Of a stretch of DNA of 64,000 nt, positions 39,273 through 48,998 are shown one piece after another. This DNA comes from a virus. The stretch is taken from the IMG/VR virus record IMGVR_UViG_3300035696_000019, positions 32,001 to 96,000 of that record; one strand, written 5' to 3'. The notes under the pieces are model-generated. The model was not told the origin of the DNA. It saw only the letters and a list, made by a program, of their open reading frames with translations, and did not search any database. A program made the position numbers and the translations under genes. Positions within the stretch are counted from its first letter, which is position 1. Each line of letters begins with the position of its first letter.

Positions 39273-39839
39273 TCAGACGCACATCATGGCGGCGGCGCGC
39301 TTGAATTCCTGAGTGCGGATGCCGGCATAGATCGCCGCCACCGCGTCAGCCAGGTGTTCGTTCGCATCAACAAACACCTGCTTACCCTGACGCTTCACGG
39401 TGAGCCATTGCGCTTCCGGGTGCTTCTCGGTGGCCCACTCGATCATCTCGCTCTTGGTGGCCGTCTTCACGCCCGCTCCCGCCAGCTTCACTTCGGTCGG
39501 CGTCACCTCCAGCAACGGACGGTCACAGCCCGCCAGCACACCGACGCACAATCCGTAGCTTGCCATGGCGCGCGCCGACTGGCTGCCTACCGGGACTTCG
39601 GCGAACACCATCACGGCATCATGAGTGTGTTCGCGCATCGCCTGAGTCAGCACCCGCGCACGCCGCAAGTCGTCGGAGTTCTTGCGAATCTGCTTGCCGT
39701 CCTTGTCACCCTCGGTCTTGGCGAGCACCAGTTTTTCAACTCTGACCAGTTCCAGGGTTTCCAGATCGACATGCCCGACGGCGATGCCCATGTTGCGCAA
39801 TGCCGGGTCGATCCCGGCGACTTTGATAGTTTTACCCAT
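39273..39839 (-). CDS. RuvC-like Holliday junction resolvase
   Basis: VAGIDP..RNMG, FAE, PTEVK, ATKSEM, HLADAVA. Confidence 0.85.
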   Translation of the reverse strand: MGKTIKVAGIDPALRNMGIAVGHVDLETLELVRVEKLVLAKTEGDKDGKQIRKNSDDLRRARVLTQAMREHTHDAVMVFAEVPVGSQSARAMASYGLCVGVLAGCDRPLLEVTPTEVKLAGAGVKTATKSEMIEWATEKHPEAQWLTVKRQGKQVFVDANEHLADAVAAIYAGIRTQEFKRAAAMMCV

Positions 39840-40032
39840 GATGTTGCCTTTTCTGTAACGGTTTGCCGCCGTCGAGCACGGCGAACAACGACGAATTGAG
39901 CGCCCCTGCGAAGGTGGGGCTGCTTTCGATTTCGGTGCGCGGCACCACGAACGCCTCGTGCCGCGAGTCAGCATCCACCTCGACGCAGCGCAATTGTTGA
40001 CCTTGCGGGAAATACACTCGCATGTCTGCTCC

Positions 40033-40527
40033 TCAAAATGAGCCGAAACCCTGTTCGGCATACACGTCGAACAAGTTCTCGTTGCGTTTCAGTTCTTCGG
40101 TTCGCGCGCTCTCTTGGCGATCCTGACGCAGTTCCGTCATGGCGCCGCGCAGCATCACGTCCACCAAGCCATTAAAGCCACTCAATGAACGGCGCGCATC
40201 CGCCTCTTTCATTTCCATCACGTCGTAGCCTTCCGGGCTGATGGGCTCGAACACGAAGATCAGATCGCCCTTTTTGCCCAGATAGACATCCTCCACCGTG
40301 AACTCCTCGCCGCCGATATGTGGGCGCTTTTTGTAACCGCTCTCCTCAATCTTGACGGTGAGCGTCTCCGGCCCGGTGAGCATGAAAGTCTGACCGGTTA
40401 TTTCCTTGAGCCTCGCCCGGATATCGGTAGCGATTCTGGCGCGTCGATCCTCCTCGTGCTCTTCGGCGTCCTTGCCCAACGCTGCCGCGAGCGATTCCAT
40501 ATCCAGTTGTTCATCCAGATTTTCCAT
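40033..40527 (-). CDS. Hypothetical protein ending in FGSF
   Basis: GAGGA RBS. Confidence 0.65.
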   Translation of the reverse strand: MENLDEQLDMESLAAALGKDAEEHEEDRRARIATDIRARLKEITGQTFMLTGPETLTVKIEESGYKKRPHIGGEEFTVEDVYLGKKGDLIFVFEPISPEGYDVMEMKEADARRSLSGFNGLVDVMLRGAMTELRQDRQESARTEELKRNENLFDVYAEQGFGSF

Positions 40528-40540
40528 AGCATCCTCTGTG

Positions 40541-42493
40541 TTAGCTGACTCGGGTGGTGGTGGCGCCCGAGACGGTGGAAACTTTGCCCTTCTTTTCGAC
40601 GGTGATGACGTTATCGATCCAGTCAGAGAGAGAATTGTGCGAGATCACCAGCACCGTGCCGCGTTCGCGCGCCTTGCGCTCCAGCACGCCCATCAGTCGC
40701 TCCAGTCCCGCCTCATCCAGCGAGTCGTCAATCTCATCGGCGGCAAACAGGTTGATCGGCTTGGAAGCGCGACTGGCGACCATATCCTGCAATGCCAGCG
40801 CTGCGGCTAGACGCACCTTGCGCTTCTCACCGCCGGACAGCCCGACGAACGATTCGGCGCCATTGTCGTTGGTCACTTCGATGTTGAACTTCTCTTTCGC
40901 TTCACCCTTCGCCGTCTTGGCGAGCGTCGTCCAGACGGCGCGGATGTTGCCGTCCGACAGCGCCGCCAGGTATTCACTGGTGCGATCGTTCAGATAAGGC
41001 GTAACGGTATCCAGAATCAACGCGCGCACCCCGGCAGGCCCGAATACCTTGACGACGTTGTTGGCGACTTCCAGGGCCGTTTCTGCGTCGGCAACAGCTT
41101 GCTTCGCCATCACCATATCCGTCTCAACCTTTTCGATCTGACGCTTGAGCGTTTCGACTGCGGCGATATACGGGTTAACCTCTTTCAGCTTGCCCGCCGC
41201 GTTGACCTTGCACTGATTGATCCGGTCGTTGGCGCGTTCGATCTGCCTCTTGTAGCTCACCGCGTTGCGCAGTTCGGCGTTGATAGCTGACTGGCGCGCG
41301 GCGATGGCGCTCACGCTCGGCAGTGATGCGGCGTAGGCATCTCGTTCTTCGACAGCCTTTTGCAGCGCACCTTCCGCCGTTTTGACTGCGGCGACCGCAT
41401 CCAGCGCCGGTTGCTTCATGCTCACCGCAGCTTTCTCGCGCAGCTTTTTGGCGTCTTCCAGATCCGCTTCGCTGTAGACCTTGCCGCACTCGTGACAGGC
41501 GGTGCCGACGAGTTTGTCCACGTCCTTGAATTCGGCAATGGCGTTACGCAATGCGGTTTTCGCGCGCGTTTCCGCATGTTGCGTAAGCGTCAATGCGCTT
41601 TGTGCGTCATGTGCAACCTTGCGCAAGCGTTCCAGTTCGCCAGCCAGCTTTGCATGGTCAGCAAGTTGCGCAGCAATCGTGGCGGCTTCTGCGGTCAGTG
41701 CCGGTTCGTCGATAGCGGTCAGGGCGGCGGTCAACTTCTCCACCGTCTCTTTCAGCGCCGGCACTTCGGCCATTTCCTTCGCGGCGCGCGGCTTACGCTC
41801 GTCTTCAAAGGTCTTGATGGTCAGTTCGGCGCTTTCCAGATCACGCCCCAGGCTTTCCAGCCGACGTGTCGCATCAGTCACCGCCGCCACCTTCCCGTTG
41901 AGCGAAGTCTGCGCCACGGTCATTTCACTGCGCGCCAGCGTGTAAGCCGCCTGTAGCTCTTGCACGCCCGCTGCCTCTTCGATCAACACTTTCAGTTGCT
42001 TGTCGGTCAATCCCGGCAGATCGACCATTTGTTCCTGTCCGACGTAGATCGCCGCCTGGAATACTTCCAGACTGCACCCCATGATGGTGTCGATCACCGC
42101 CTGGGTTTCCTTGTCGGTGCCTTTGGACAGATCGACCCAATCGCCGGTCGCATCGTCAAAGCGATGCACGAACGTCTGATTCTTGTGAGTGTTATGCTTG
42201 CGGTGGCGCGTGATGCGGTAGGTGACTGTGCCGTCGAGCAGCTTTACTTCACCCACGCAGTCTTTCTTCGCCTTGTTGTTGACGATGGCGTCACCGGTCA
42301 CGCCGCGCGCTGTCGTGCCGTAAATCGTCCAACACGCGCCATCGACAATGGACGACTTGCCCGCGCCATTTGAGGTGGCGGATGTGTCACTCAAATTCAC
42401 GCCCTGCACCAGCAGCAAGCCGCGATTGCTCAGTTCCAGCTCGGCATGACCAAGCGTGAGCAGGTTTTGAAAATTAGCACTCAGAATTTCCAT
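40541..42493 (-). CDS. SbcC/Rad50 (gp46-like) ATPase
   Basis: NGAGKS, coiled coil with CHECG zinc hook, LSGGE, ADE, ISH. Confidence 0.93.
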   Translation of the reverse strand: MEILSANFQNLLTLGHAELELSNRGLLLVQGVNLSDTSATSNGAGKSSIVDGACWTIYGTTARGVTGDAIVNNKAKKDCVGEVKLLDGTVTYRITRHRKHNTHKNQTFVHRFDDATGDWVDLSKGTDKETQAVIDTIMGCSLEVFQAAIYVGQEQMVDLPGLTDKQLKVLIEEAAGVQELQAAYTLARSEMTVAQTSLNGKVAAVTDATRRLESLGRDLESAELTIKTFEDERKPRAAKEMAEVPALKETVEKLTAALTAIDEPALTAEAATIAAQLADHAKLAGELERLRKVAHDAQSALTLTQHAETRAKTALRNAIAEFKDVDKLVGTACHECGKVYSEADLEDAKKLREKAAVSMKQPALDAVAAVKTAEGALQKAVEERDAYAASLPSVSAIAARQSAINAELRNAVSYKRQIERANDRINQCKVNAAGKLKEVNPYIAAVETLKRQIEKVETDMVMAKQAVADAETALEVANNVVKVFGPAGVRALILDTVTPYLNDRTSEYLAALSDGNIRAVWTTLAKTAKGEAKEKFNIEVTNDNGAESFVGLSGGEKRKVRLAAALALQDMVASRASKPINLFAADEIDDSLDEAGLERLMGVLERKARERGTVLVISHNSLSDWIDNVITVEKKGKVSTVSGATTTRVS

Positions 42494-42516
42494 GATTCAG
42501 TTCCCCTTGATGAAGG

Positions 42517-43584
42517 TCACGCCACGCTTCTGACTTGCGCCAGAATCGACTCGCACGCGGCAATCGTTCTCTTCGGGTGCGTCAGTTCGCTGTCGTGGAT
42601 GAAGTTGCCAATACTGGCTTCGATGGTGATGCCGGCAGTGGCCGGCCCGGTGGTGCGCGTCACGGTTGCTTTGGCGGGTTCGGGAATGATCACTGCGCCG
42701 GCTGCGTGACAGTCGTTGACCAGATAGTCGCGCAGGGACTCGATTTCGCTTTGCTTGGAGGTGGAGACGCGGCAGCGCACATAGTTGCCATCGACGATCA
42801 GTGGAATCTCGCTCGGGTCGGTCGCGCCGCTGATTTCCACAAAGCCTGGCGCGTGGCTCTTGAACCAGCGCACTTTCTCCTCGTCCACGATCAGGAAGCC
42901 CGCCTTCGCGCCCACGTCCGACCACGTTTGCGAAGTCAGCGAGCCAATCGACCAAACCTTGCCTGGCACGACTTCCTTGTGAGCGTGGTAGTGTCCGGCG
43001 AAGACGCGACGAAAGCCCAGACCGGCGAGATACGCAGGGTCAAGACCATGATCGGGGATACCGGGCATGACGCCATCGACCGGCGCGTGGATCAGCAGAT
43101 CAATGCCCGCGCGATCTTCTTCCAGCGTCATTTCGATGGTGGCTTTCAGATCGACAATCGACTCGATCCACGGCACGATCACCATGTTGCCGTCGATGCC
43201 GATACCTTGATCCACGCTGTTGACCACAATGCAGCCGATATCCGCGAGTGCGGTGATGGCGGAAGACACGCGGCTGACCTTCTTGTCTTCAAGATCGTGG
43301 TTGCCGGCATTGATGACGACTTGCACGCCCTTCTTGATGATGGCGCGGTAGCAGTCGAGTGTCGGGTTCAGCACCGACGGTGCCAGCTTGCCGCGCACAT
43401 GGAACAGATCACCGCCGTGATACAGACGATTGCCGCCCGCTTTCAGCACTTCGTCGGCGCAGCGCGTCGTTTCGTCAAGAGTCTGTTGCAAACGGTTATT
43501 CACCCCGCTCGGCAAGATGGATGAGAATGCATCCCATCCGTGGTTGTGACTGTCACTGATGACACCATAAGGCTTGATTTTCAT
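42517..43584 (-). CDS. SbcD/Mre11 (gp47-like) nuclease
   Basis: SDSH, GDLFH, GNHD, GHYH. Confidence 0.92.
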   Translation of the reverse strand: MKIKPYGVISDSHNHGWDAFSSILPSGVNNRLQQTLDETTRCADEVLKAGGNRLYHGGDLFHVRGKLAPSVLNPTLDCYRAIIKKGVQVVINAGNHDLEDKKVSRVSSAITALADIGCIVVNSVDQGIGIDGNMVIVPWIESIVDLKATIEMTLEEDRAGIDLLIHAPVDGVMPGIPDHGLDPAYLAGLGFRRVFAGHYHAHKEVVPGKVWSIGSLTSQTWSDVGAKAGFLIVDEEKVRWFKSHAPGFVEISGATDPSEIPLIVDGNYVRCRVSTSKQSEIESLRDYLVNDCHAAGAVIIPEPAKATVTRTTGPATAGITIEASIGNFIHDSELTHPKRTIAACESILAQVRSVA

Positions 43585-43941
43585 TTCGTCTCCTGTGCGG
43601 CAACTGCCGCGTGTTACTTCCGTTTCGGCATCCCAAGCGCGGCGCGCGCCTGGTTAATCTTTTCGACGGTCATGCCGTCGGGTGCTTTCATGATTTTGTC
43701 GATCTCGCTTCGGAACCGACCCCATTCGGTCTTGAGCGCGCAGTGAGTCATGCCTTCCTCTCCTCGGTCGAGTCGGTCACATAAATGAATGTGCCGGCAC
43801 CGCAATCGGGCAGACCCGCGTTCACGAGAGCTATTGAGGTATCGAAGCAGTCGAGACAATCCTCAAAACAACACCCCTCACAACAGCCATTCCCCGGCAC
43901 TGCCTTGATCGTGATTTTTGCGTTCATTTCATCCACCATTA

Positions 43942-44361
43942 CTATGTCACTGATGACTTAATCGGCACCATAAAACGATGCCGTCCAATTTTGGCGACCA
44001 CGCGCATTTTCTTTTCCCAGGCGGGATGCACATCCTTGCGGTCGTAATAGGTGGCGCCGCGCGTGATGTCGGCAACCACTCCGGTCATGGTCACGGTAGC
44101 GACCCAGACCGCTTTCTTCCAGGCGTCGGTTTCGACCGGCGCCATGTCCTTTGGCAATACCCAGCGGCGATGTCGCCGCTGCACTCGATCCGTCCACGAG
44201 AATTGTTTGGGCGCCATCACCACATCACACACGTTGCGAGAGGTCTGCTCGGCGCGATTCAGCGTTACCAAAGCCACTCCATACTGGCCCGCCAACGACT
44301 CCCCTCGACTTTCGAAATACACGTTCAAGGCAAGGCACGTCAGCGTCCCCGCGATCAGCAC
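43942..44361 (-). CDS. SleB/Hydrolase_2 cell-wall hydrolase
   Basis: CLALNVYFESRGE, QFSW, GATYY, IGRHRF. Confidence 0.9.
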   Translation of the reverse strand: MLIAGTLTCLALNVYFESRGESLAGQYGVALVTLNRAEQTSRNVCDVVMAPKQFSWTDRVQRRHRRWVLPKDMAPVETDAWKKAVWVATVTMTGVVADITRGATYYDRKDVHPAWEKKMRVVAKIGRHRFMVPIKSSVT

Positions 44362-44597
44362 AATAGCGCCGGGTCAACACCGGCATGCTTCAGTTGGCTG
44401 ATCCAGTTCAGTTCGGCGCGAGAACAGCTCGGGCTACTCGGCACCGTGACGGTAATCTTGCCGTCCGGCGAGGAGATGCGAGGATGGCGCTTTGCGCGCT
44501 TTAAAAGCCAGCCCATCTTGATCAAATTATGCGCCACCTTATCGATGCGCTTATTGGTCGAATAAATCATGATGTTGTCCGTGTTCGTTATTGACAC
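44355..44597 (-). CDS. HicA-like protein without an adjacent HicB
   Basis: GW......H.....PDG...TVP.SPS. Confidence 0.55.
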   Translation of the reverse strand: MSITNTDNIMIYSTNKRIDKVAHNLIKMGWLLKRAKRHPRISSPDGKITVTVPSSPSCSRAELNWISQLKHAGVDPALLC

Positions 44598-44633
44598 TTG
44601 CAGTATGACGCGCTAAGTCAGGGGTGACTGAGT

Positions 44634-44996
44634 TTAACGCAGGCGCATTTTGGTGGCAATGTAAGCGGGATCATGGGCAGGTGTGATCGTAAAGCGATTC
44701 AGCGGCAGACCACGCTGCGCGGGGTTGTCGGGGTTGATGAAGGAATGAGCGCCCCAGAAATCCTCCGGGCGCGTCAGGTAGTAATAGGTCTTCTTGCCTT
44801 CCTTGACCGCAACCCCGATGGCGACCGCCGCATAATCGCCCGCGCGGTTCAGCGTCGAGCAGTCCAGGCACCACGCAATGCGCTTGCGGTAGACTTGCGA
44901 GTAGCGGCGGTGCGCCAGGTAAATGTAGCGGCCATCAGGCAGTTCGTAGAAGCAGCCGTAATGCTTGCCGCCTACCTTATGCTGAACGACTCGCAT
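44634..44996 (-). CDS. Hypothetical protein
   Basis: TGATG coupling. Confidence 0.6.
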   Translation of the reverse strand: MRVVQHKVGGKHYGCFYELPDGRYIYLAHRRYSQVYRKRIAWCLDCSTLNRAGDYAAVAIGVAVKEGKKTYYYLTRPEDFWGAHSFINPDNPAQRGLPLNRFTITPAHDPAYIATKMRLR

Positions 44997-45286
44997 CAGA
45001 ATTCACCCCATTCGCCGTATGACTGAGACAAACGCGCGCACTCATTGGCTTCATGCTCGCGCACACGCAGACGTTCGGCCTTCTCCGCCTTGCGAGCAGC
45101 CTTCCCAGTCATGCCTGCCGACGCTGTGGTCTTGTTATGATTGTGTATGGGGTCGCCAACGATGAAAGTGGTCATACTCCAGCCGTCTCCCTCTACAGTC
45201 TCCATGCGCGCGGAGTCTGCGTTCGCCCTGTCCTCGCGCCGTTTTAAAACGCGCTCCCAGCGTCTGCGCTCGTCAAACTTCGCCAT
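44996..45286 (-). CDS. Hypothetical protein ending in WGEF
   Basis: TGATG coupling; start MAKF. Confidence 0.55.
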   Translation of the reverse strand: MAKFDERRRWERVLKRREDRANADSARMETVEGDGWSMTTFIVGDPIHNHNKTTASAGMTGKAARKAEKAERLRVREHEANECARLSQSYGEWGEF

Positions 45287-45627
45287 CAGAAGCTCCCCCA
45301 ATCGCCCGCGTAAGCCTCATCGCGATTCAGACCCGAGAAGGCGACAGCCGGCGTGGCTTGCGGCGCTACTTCGCCGGTATCGGCAAACACATGCAGTTTG
45401 CCGATACCTTCCAGCCAGGTCGCAGTCTTGTGACCGCGATATTGATTCTTGCCGGGCTTCACCAGCAGACCATCCAGCATGGCGTGCAGATCGCGCGAAA
45501 AGGCATGGTCGGTGTTCTCGCGCAGCCACATCAAATAGGAAGGGTCGGATTCAAGTAGATGCTTGACCGTCCGACCCTTGTGCTTTCCAAACGGGATTAC
45601 GCTACCAATGCCAAAATTAGCCATCAT
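45286..45627 (-). CDS. PFGKHKG-motif protein (ExoX C-terminal/DUF3820-like) ending in WGSF
   Basis: IPFGKHKG.......DPSYLMWL. Confidence 0.7.
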   Translation of the reverse strand: MMANFGIGSVIPFGKHKGRTVKHLLESDPSYLMWLRENTDHAFSRDLHAMLDGLLVKPGKNQYRGHKTATWLEGIGKLHVFADTGEVAPQATPAVAFSGLNRDEAYAGDWGSF

Positions 45628-45974
45628 TCAATCCTTCTCAAAAAGACCACGCTCGCCGGGCGCGTCGGGCGCACCATCTGTGGCCCATAAATGCGCGTCA
45701 ATGTTTCATACAGATTGGCGGCGGCGTAGTTCGCATCCTTGCCTAACTCGGAGTGGTTCCGGTGAGCATGTAGTGCGCACATTTCCATCAACGCGCCACT
45801 GTCCACTGAAATCACTTCCGCGCTACCGAATACAATTTTCTTCTTCTCGTCGAGGAGATACACAGTCTGACCAGGGGATAATTCCTTGGCGTAGCGTTTC
45901 CCCAAACGGAAAGTGTTGAATTCGCCTTCTACGCCCACAACGGGCGGGATAAAACCAATGCAAACGGTGTCCAT
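45624..45974 (-). CDS. ASCH/PUA-like protein
   Basis: TFRLG.....L.PGQTV.L...FGSAEV...IYG. Confidence 0.5.
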   Translation of the reverse strand: MDTVCIGFIPPVVGVEGEFNTFRLGKRYAKELSPGQTVYLLDEKKKIVFGSAEVISVDSGALMEMCALHAHRNHSELGKDANYAAANLYETLTRIYGPQMVRPTRPASVVFLRRIE

Positions 45975-46046
45975 CGTCTTCCCCTCACAAATGACTGACC
46001 TGTCATCAATCATAGCAAGGGGAAGCCCTATAGCGACTGTGGCGAG

Positions 46047-47069
46047 TTAGCTTTTGGCGTAGAAGTCCTGAATCATCTTGCGCAACAACGGCTCCTCACC
46101 GTCTCTGCGAATCTTCTCCGCCAGCGCCTTGATGAAGTATTGCTTGCCATCCACCCAGGTCACGCGCGGTTTCTTGTAGACGATCGCCTCATTTTCGATC
46201 AGGAATTCGATTGCGCTTGTGATGGTGTCAAACAGGGCGATGTCGTTCTCGTCGTAGATCAGGCGCAGACTGGTATCCTGAAATGGTCGGGTGAATTTCG
46301 ACTTCACGCACTGGATTGAAATCTTCTGGCCGATGAACTCTTTGTCGTCTCCCGTGCCTTCCATGATCTTCTGGCGTCCGAGGATCAGGCGGAACGACGC
46401 ATAGAACTCCATCGCCTTACCGCCTGGCGTGGTGCGAGGATCGCCGAACGACACGCCAGGTTTGAGGCGCATCTGATTGAGGTAGACAAACAGCGCGTTA
46501 TATTCTTCTGCATGCTGCGCCATCGCCTTCAAGGTGGTCGAGGTGACGCGCGCCAGTGCCGTGGTGTCATTCATCGTGTATTCAGTGATTTCCTTCTCCG
46601 CCTGCGACTTGGGCAGAGCGGCGGCAATCGAGTCGAACACCCAGACGATCGGCGCCTTCGGATCAAGCGCGCCGGATTCGCGGATCACCTTGCACGCCTT
46701 CGCCGCGACAACATTGCCCTCCTCCCAGGTCTTCGGCTTGAAGTAGAGCCATTCCGGGCGCTTATCGCTCAGACCGAACTGTTTTGCCAGATCAACCGAG
46801 AACGAACGCTCCCAATCGGAGAAGCCGGCAACGCCACCCGCTTGTTGCGCAGCCACCATCCACTTCGTCGCCAGTGCTGTTTTACCGGTAGAGCTTTCGC
46901 CAAATACTTCACCCATGCGCCCCATCGGTAGGCCACCATGCGGCGAGCCGCTGATGATGGCATTCAGCGGATCGAAACCGGTATCGATCCAGTCAGTGAT
47001 CGCCTGGTTGCCAGCGTTGTCGCCCAGCGCTGAATCCAGCGACGCCATCAAGTCTTCCAGTTTTCCCAT
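46047..47069 (-). CDS. RecA/UvsX-like recombinase
   Basis: IDTG...LN, GGLPMGR, GESSTGKT, DSIAA, NQMR, TPGGKA..FYAS. Confidence 0.93.
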   Translation of the reverse strand: MGKLEDLMASLDSALGDNAGNQAITDWIDTGFDPLNAIISGSPHGGLPMGRMGEVFGESSTGKTALATKWMVAAQQAGGVAGFSDWERSFSVDLAKQFGLSDKRPEWLYFKPKTWEEGNVVAAKACKVIRESGALDPKAPIVWVFDSIAAALPKSQAEKEITEYTMNDTTALARVTSTTLKAMAQHAEEYNALFVYLNQMRLKPGVSFGDPRTTPGGKAMEFYASFRLILGRQKIMEGTGDDKEFIGQKISIQCVKSKFTRPFQDTSLRLIYDENDIALFDTITSAIEFLIENEAIVYKKPRVTWVDGKQYFIKALAEKIRRDGEEPLLRKMIQDFYAKS

Positions 47070-47072
47070 GAT

Positions 47073-47996
47073 TTATGCTCCAGCCAGCGCCTTGAACGGC
47101 GCGACAAAATGATTGAAGGTATCGGCATTGCGAATGATCGAGAGGAAGCACAGCTCCTCGCACAGCGCCCGGAAGGCGTCTTCGTCATAGGCGCCGTTGT
47201 CCACGACCAGCGCCTCGCGCGACGGCTTGGCAACCTTGAGTAGCTGCATCAACTTGAAGTTGCGCAGCAACAGCGCGCGACCGCTTTTAGATGCGAGATT
47301 GACGTGGGCCTTCTTCTTTGGAATGAAGTCACCGCTGTCACAGCGCGCCAGAAAGTTTCTGACTGATCCGAACTCAGCGAGAAATTCTGGCGCTCCTTTT
47401 TTACCGATTCCACCGACGCCCGAAATACCGTCGGAGTCGTCTCCCTGGAGCACCTTGCCCTCCAGAAACGCCATCGGTGTGCGGTAGCCGGTTCTCTCAA
47501 ACAGATTGGCGACCGTCAGCATCTTGCTGTCGTTGCGATGATCATTCCATGTCACGTTCGGGCGGATCAGTTGCGCCCAATCCTTATCGCCGGTAATCAG
47601 GATGATTTCGTTTTCCGGCTTGTTGGTCAGTCCCGCCACCAGAAAGCCCGCCAGATCGTCGGCTTCATAGTTGGCGGCGCGCATCTGGCGCACACCCAAC
47701 GTGTGAAGCGCGCGCTCGATAAAGGGGGTTTGCGACTTGTAGGCCGCGGTGTCTTGCTGTTGCTCGGGCGTCTCGTTGCGCTTGCCCTTGTAGTCGGGAT
47801 GCAGATCGAAGCGCCACTGCGCGCGCTCGTCCCACAATGCGACCGGCGTGAAGCCGGGGTGGCTACGCAGCGCATCGCGGATTGAGCGGATGGTGCCAAA
47901 AACAGCCTGAGTTTGCTGCGTGCCGACGGTCAGCTTGGTCGCGCTATGCGCCGCGCGCCCGACAGAATTGCAATCAACCAAAATGGTTCGACTCAT
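47073..47996 (-). CDS. 5'-3' exonuclease / flap endonuclease (T4 RNase H-like)
   Basis: YKGKR, YEADD, TGDKDWAQL, GDDSDGISGVGGIG.K.A. Confidence 0.92.
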   Translation of the reverse strand: MSRTILVDCNSVGRAAHSATKLTVGTQQTQAVFGTIRSIRDALRSHPGFTPVALWDERAQWRFDLHPDYKGKRNETPEQQQDTAAYKSQTPFIERALHTLGVRQMRAANYEADDLAGFLVAGLTNKPENEIILITGDKDWAQLIRPNVTWNDHRNDSKMLTVANLFERTGYRTPMAFLEGKVLQGDDSDGISGVGGIGKKGAPEFLAEFGSVRNFLARCDSGDFIPKKKAHVNLASKSGRALLLRNFKLMQLLKVAKPSREALVVDNGAYDEDAFRALCEELCFLSIIRNADTFNHFVAPFKALAGA

Positions 47997-48010
47997 GTTT
48001 TCCTCCGATG

Positions 48011-48037
48011 AAAAAGGCGGGTGAATTCACCCGCCTT
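48011..48037 (-). terminator. Rho-independent terminator
   Basis: AAGGCGGGTG-AATT-CACCCGCCTT with a T tract on the minus strand. Confidence 0.75.
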
Positions 48038-48054
48038 CGTTGGTCACAAGTCGA

Positions 48055-48855
48055 TTACTGCGGAATGTCAGCCAGCAGGTCGTCCAGATCGGATTCCAGC
48101 GAGGCGCTAGCGCGCGCGCTTTCCACTACGCGACCCGCTTCCGCTTCGCCGGTTGCCGCAACCGATGCGGGTCGCGCTGCCGGGGCCGGCAACAAACCGG
48201 AGACAGTGCGAATCGCGCCCAGTGCACGCCTTTCCTGCTCCTCCGATTCCTGCGCCACGAATTCGTCCAGATTGCGACGCTTTTCCATCGCGCCCTTCGG
48301 CATGGCGATCTTCTTCGGGCTGACGTTCACGCTGTAGCGCGTATTCAGCCCCTTGCCAGTGCGTTCGATTACGACGATTTGCGGCTCGGAGTCGTCGAGC
48401 AAGGCTTCCGCCCAGTCTTCCATCAGCGAGTTCAGATCGGAGAAGATGCCCTTGCCCACTTCGAGCACTTGCGGCTCGTTCGGGGTGTCGGTATCCAGCG
48501 CCAACACGTTCAGCACGAAGCCCTGCTTGGAACCGGCTTCCTTGAGCATGTTGATGACGGCATCTTCGGTGGCGTGCGATTGCGCTTGCGCGATACCGGC
48601 ACAGACTGCGCAAGGTGTGCCGTAGGTCTTGTCAGCGCACGGATAAACAGCCTGGATCTGACCGGCGGCATCCTTGATGTAGTGCTGGCCGAATTCATGG
48701 AACCAGACATGCTCTTCGCCTTTGCGCCAGCCTTGCAGGATCACAAAGCGGTTGGTGCCAGCGACCGGCTTGATGGTCTTTTCCTTCGGCTTGAGGGCGG
48801 CTTTTTTCTGTTGGGTCAGATTCTTGAGTGCTGAGAAGTCCATTTGTTTGCTCAC
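48055..48855 (-). CDS. gp32-like single-stranded DNA-binding protein
   Basis: H..C..CAVC zinc site, RTGKGLNTRY, acidic tail DLDDLLADI. Confidence 0.75.
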   Translation of the reverse strand: MSKQMDFSALKNLTQQKKAALKPKEKTIKPVAGTNRFVILQGWRKGEEHVWFHEFGQHYIKDAAGQIQAVYPCADKTYGTPCAVCAGIAQAQSHATEDAVINMLKEAGSKQGFVLNVLALDTDTPNEPQVLEVGKGIFSDLNSLMEDWAEALLDDSEPQIVVIERTGKGLNTRYSVNVSPKKIAMPKGAMEKRRNLDEFVAQESEEQERRALGAIRTVSGLLPAPAARPASVAATGEAEAGRVVESARASASLESDLDDLLADIPQ

Positions 48856-48998
48856 TTTCGTTTGGCGTAAATTAAGTGCTTGGTGAATTCACCAGATGCG
48901 GTTAATGCCTTTAGATAGCCTGTTTCGCTATCGGTTCAGCAATTTGATTATAGCTCACTGCTGACTGATTTTAGCAAGACAAAACAATCGCCTCGCAA

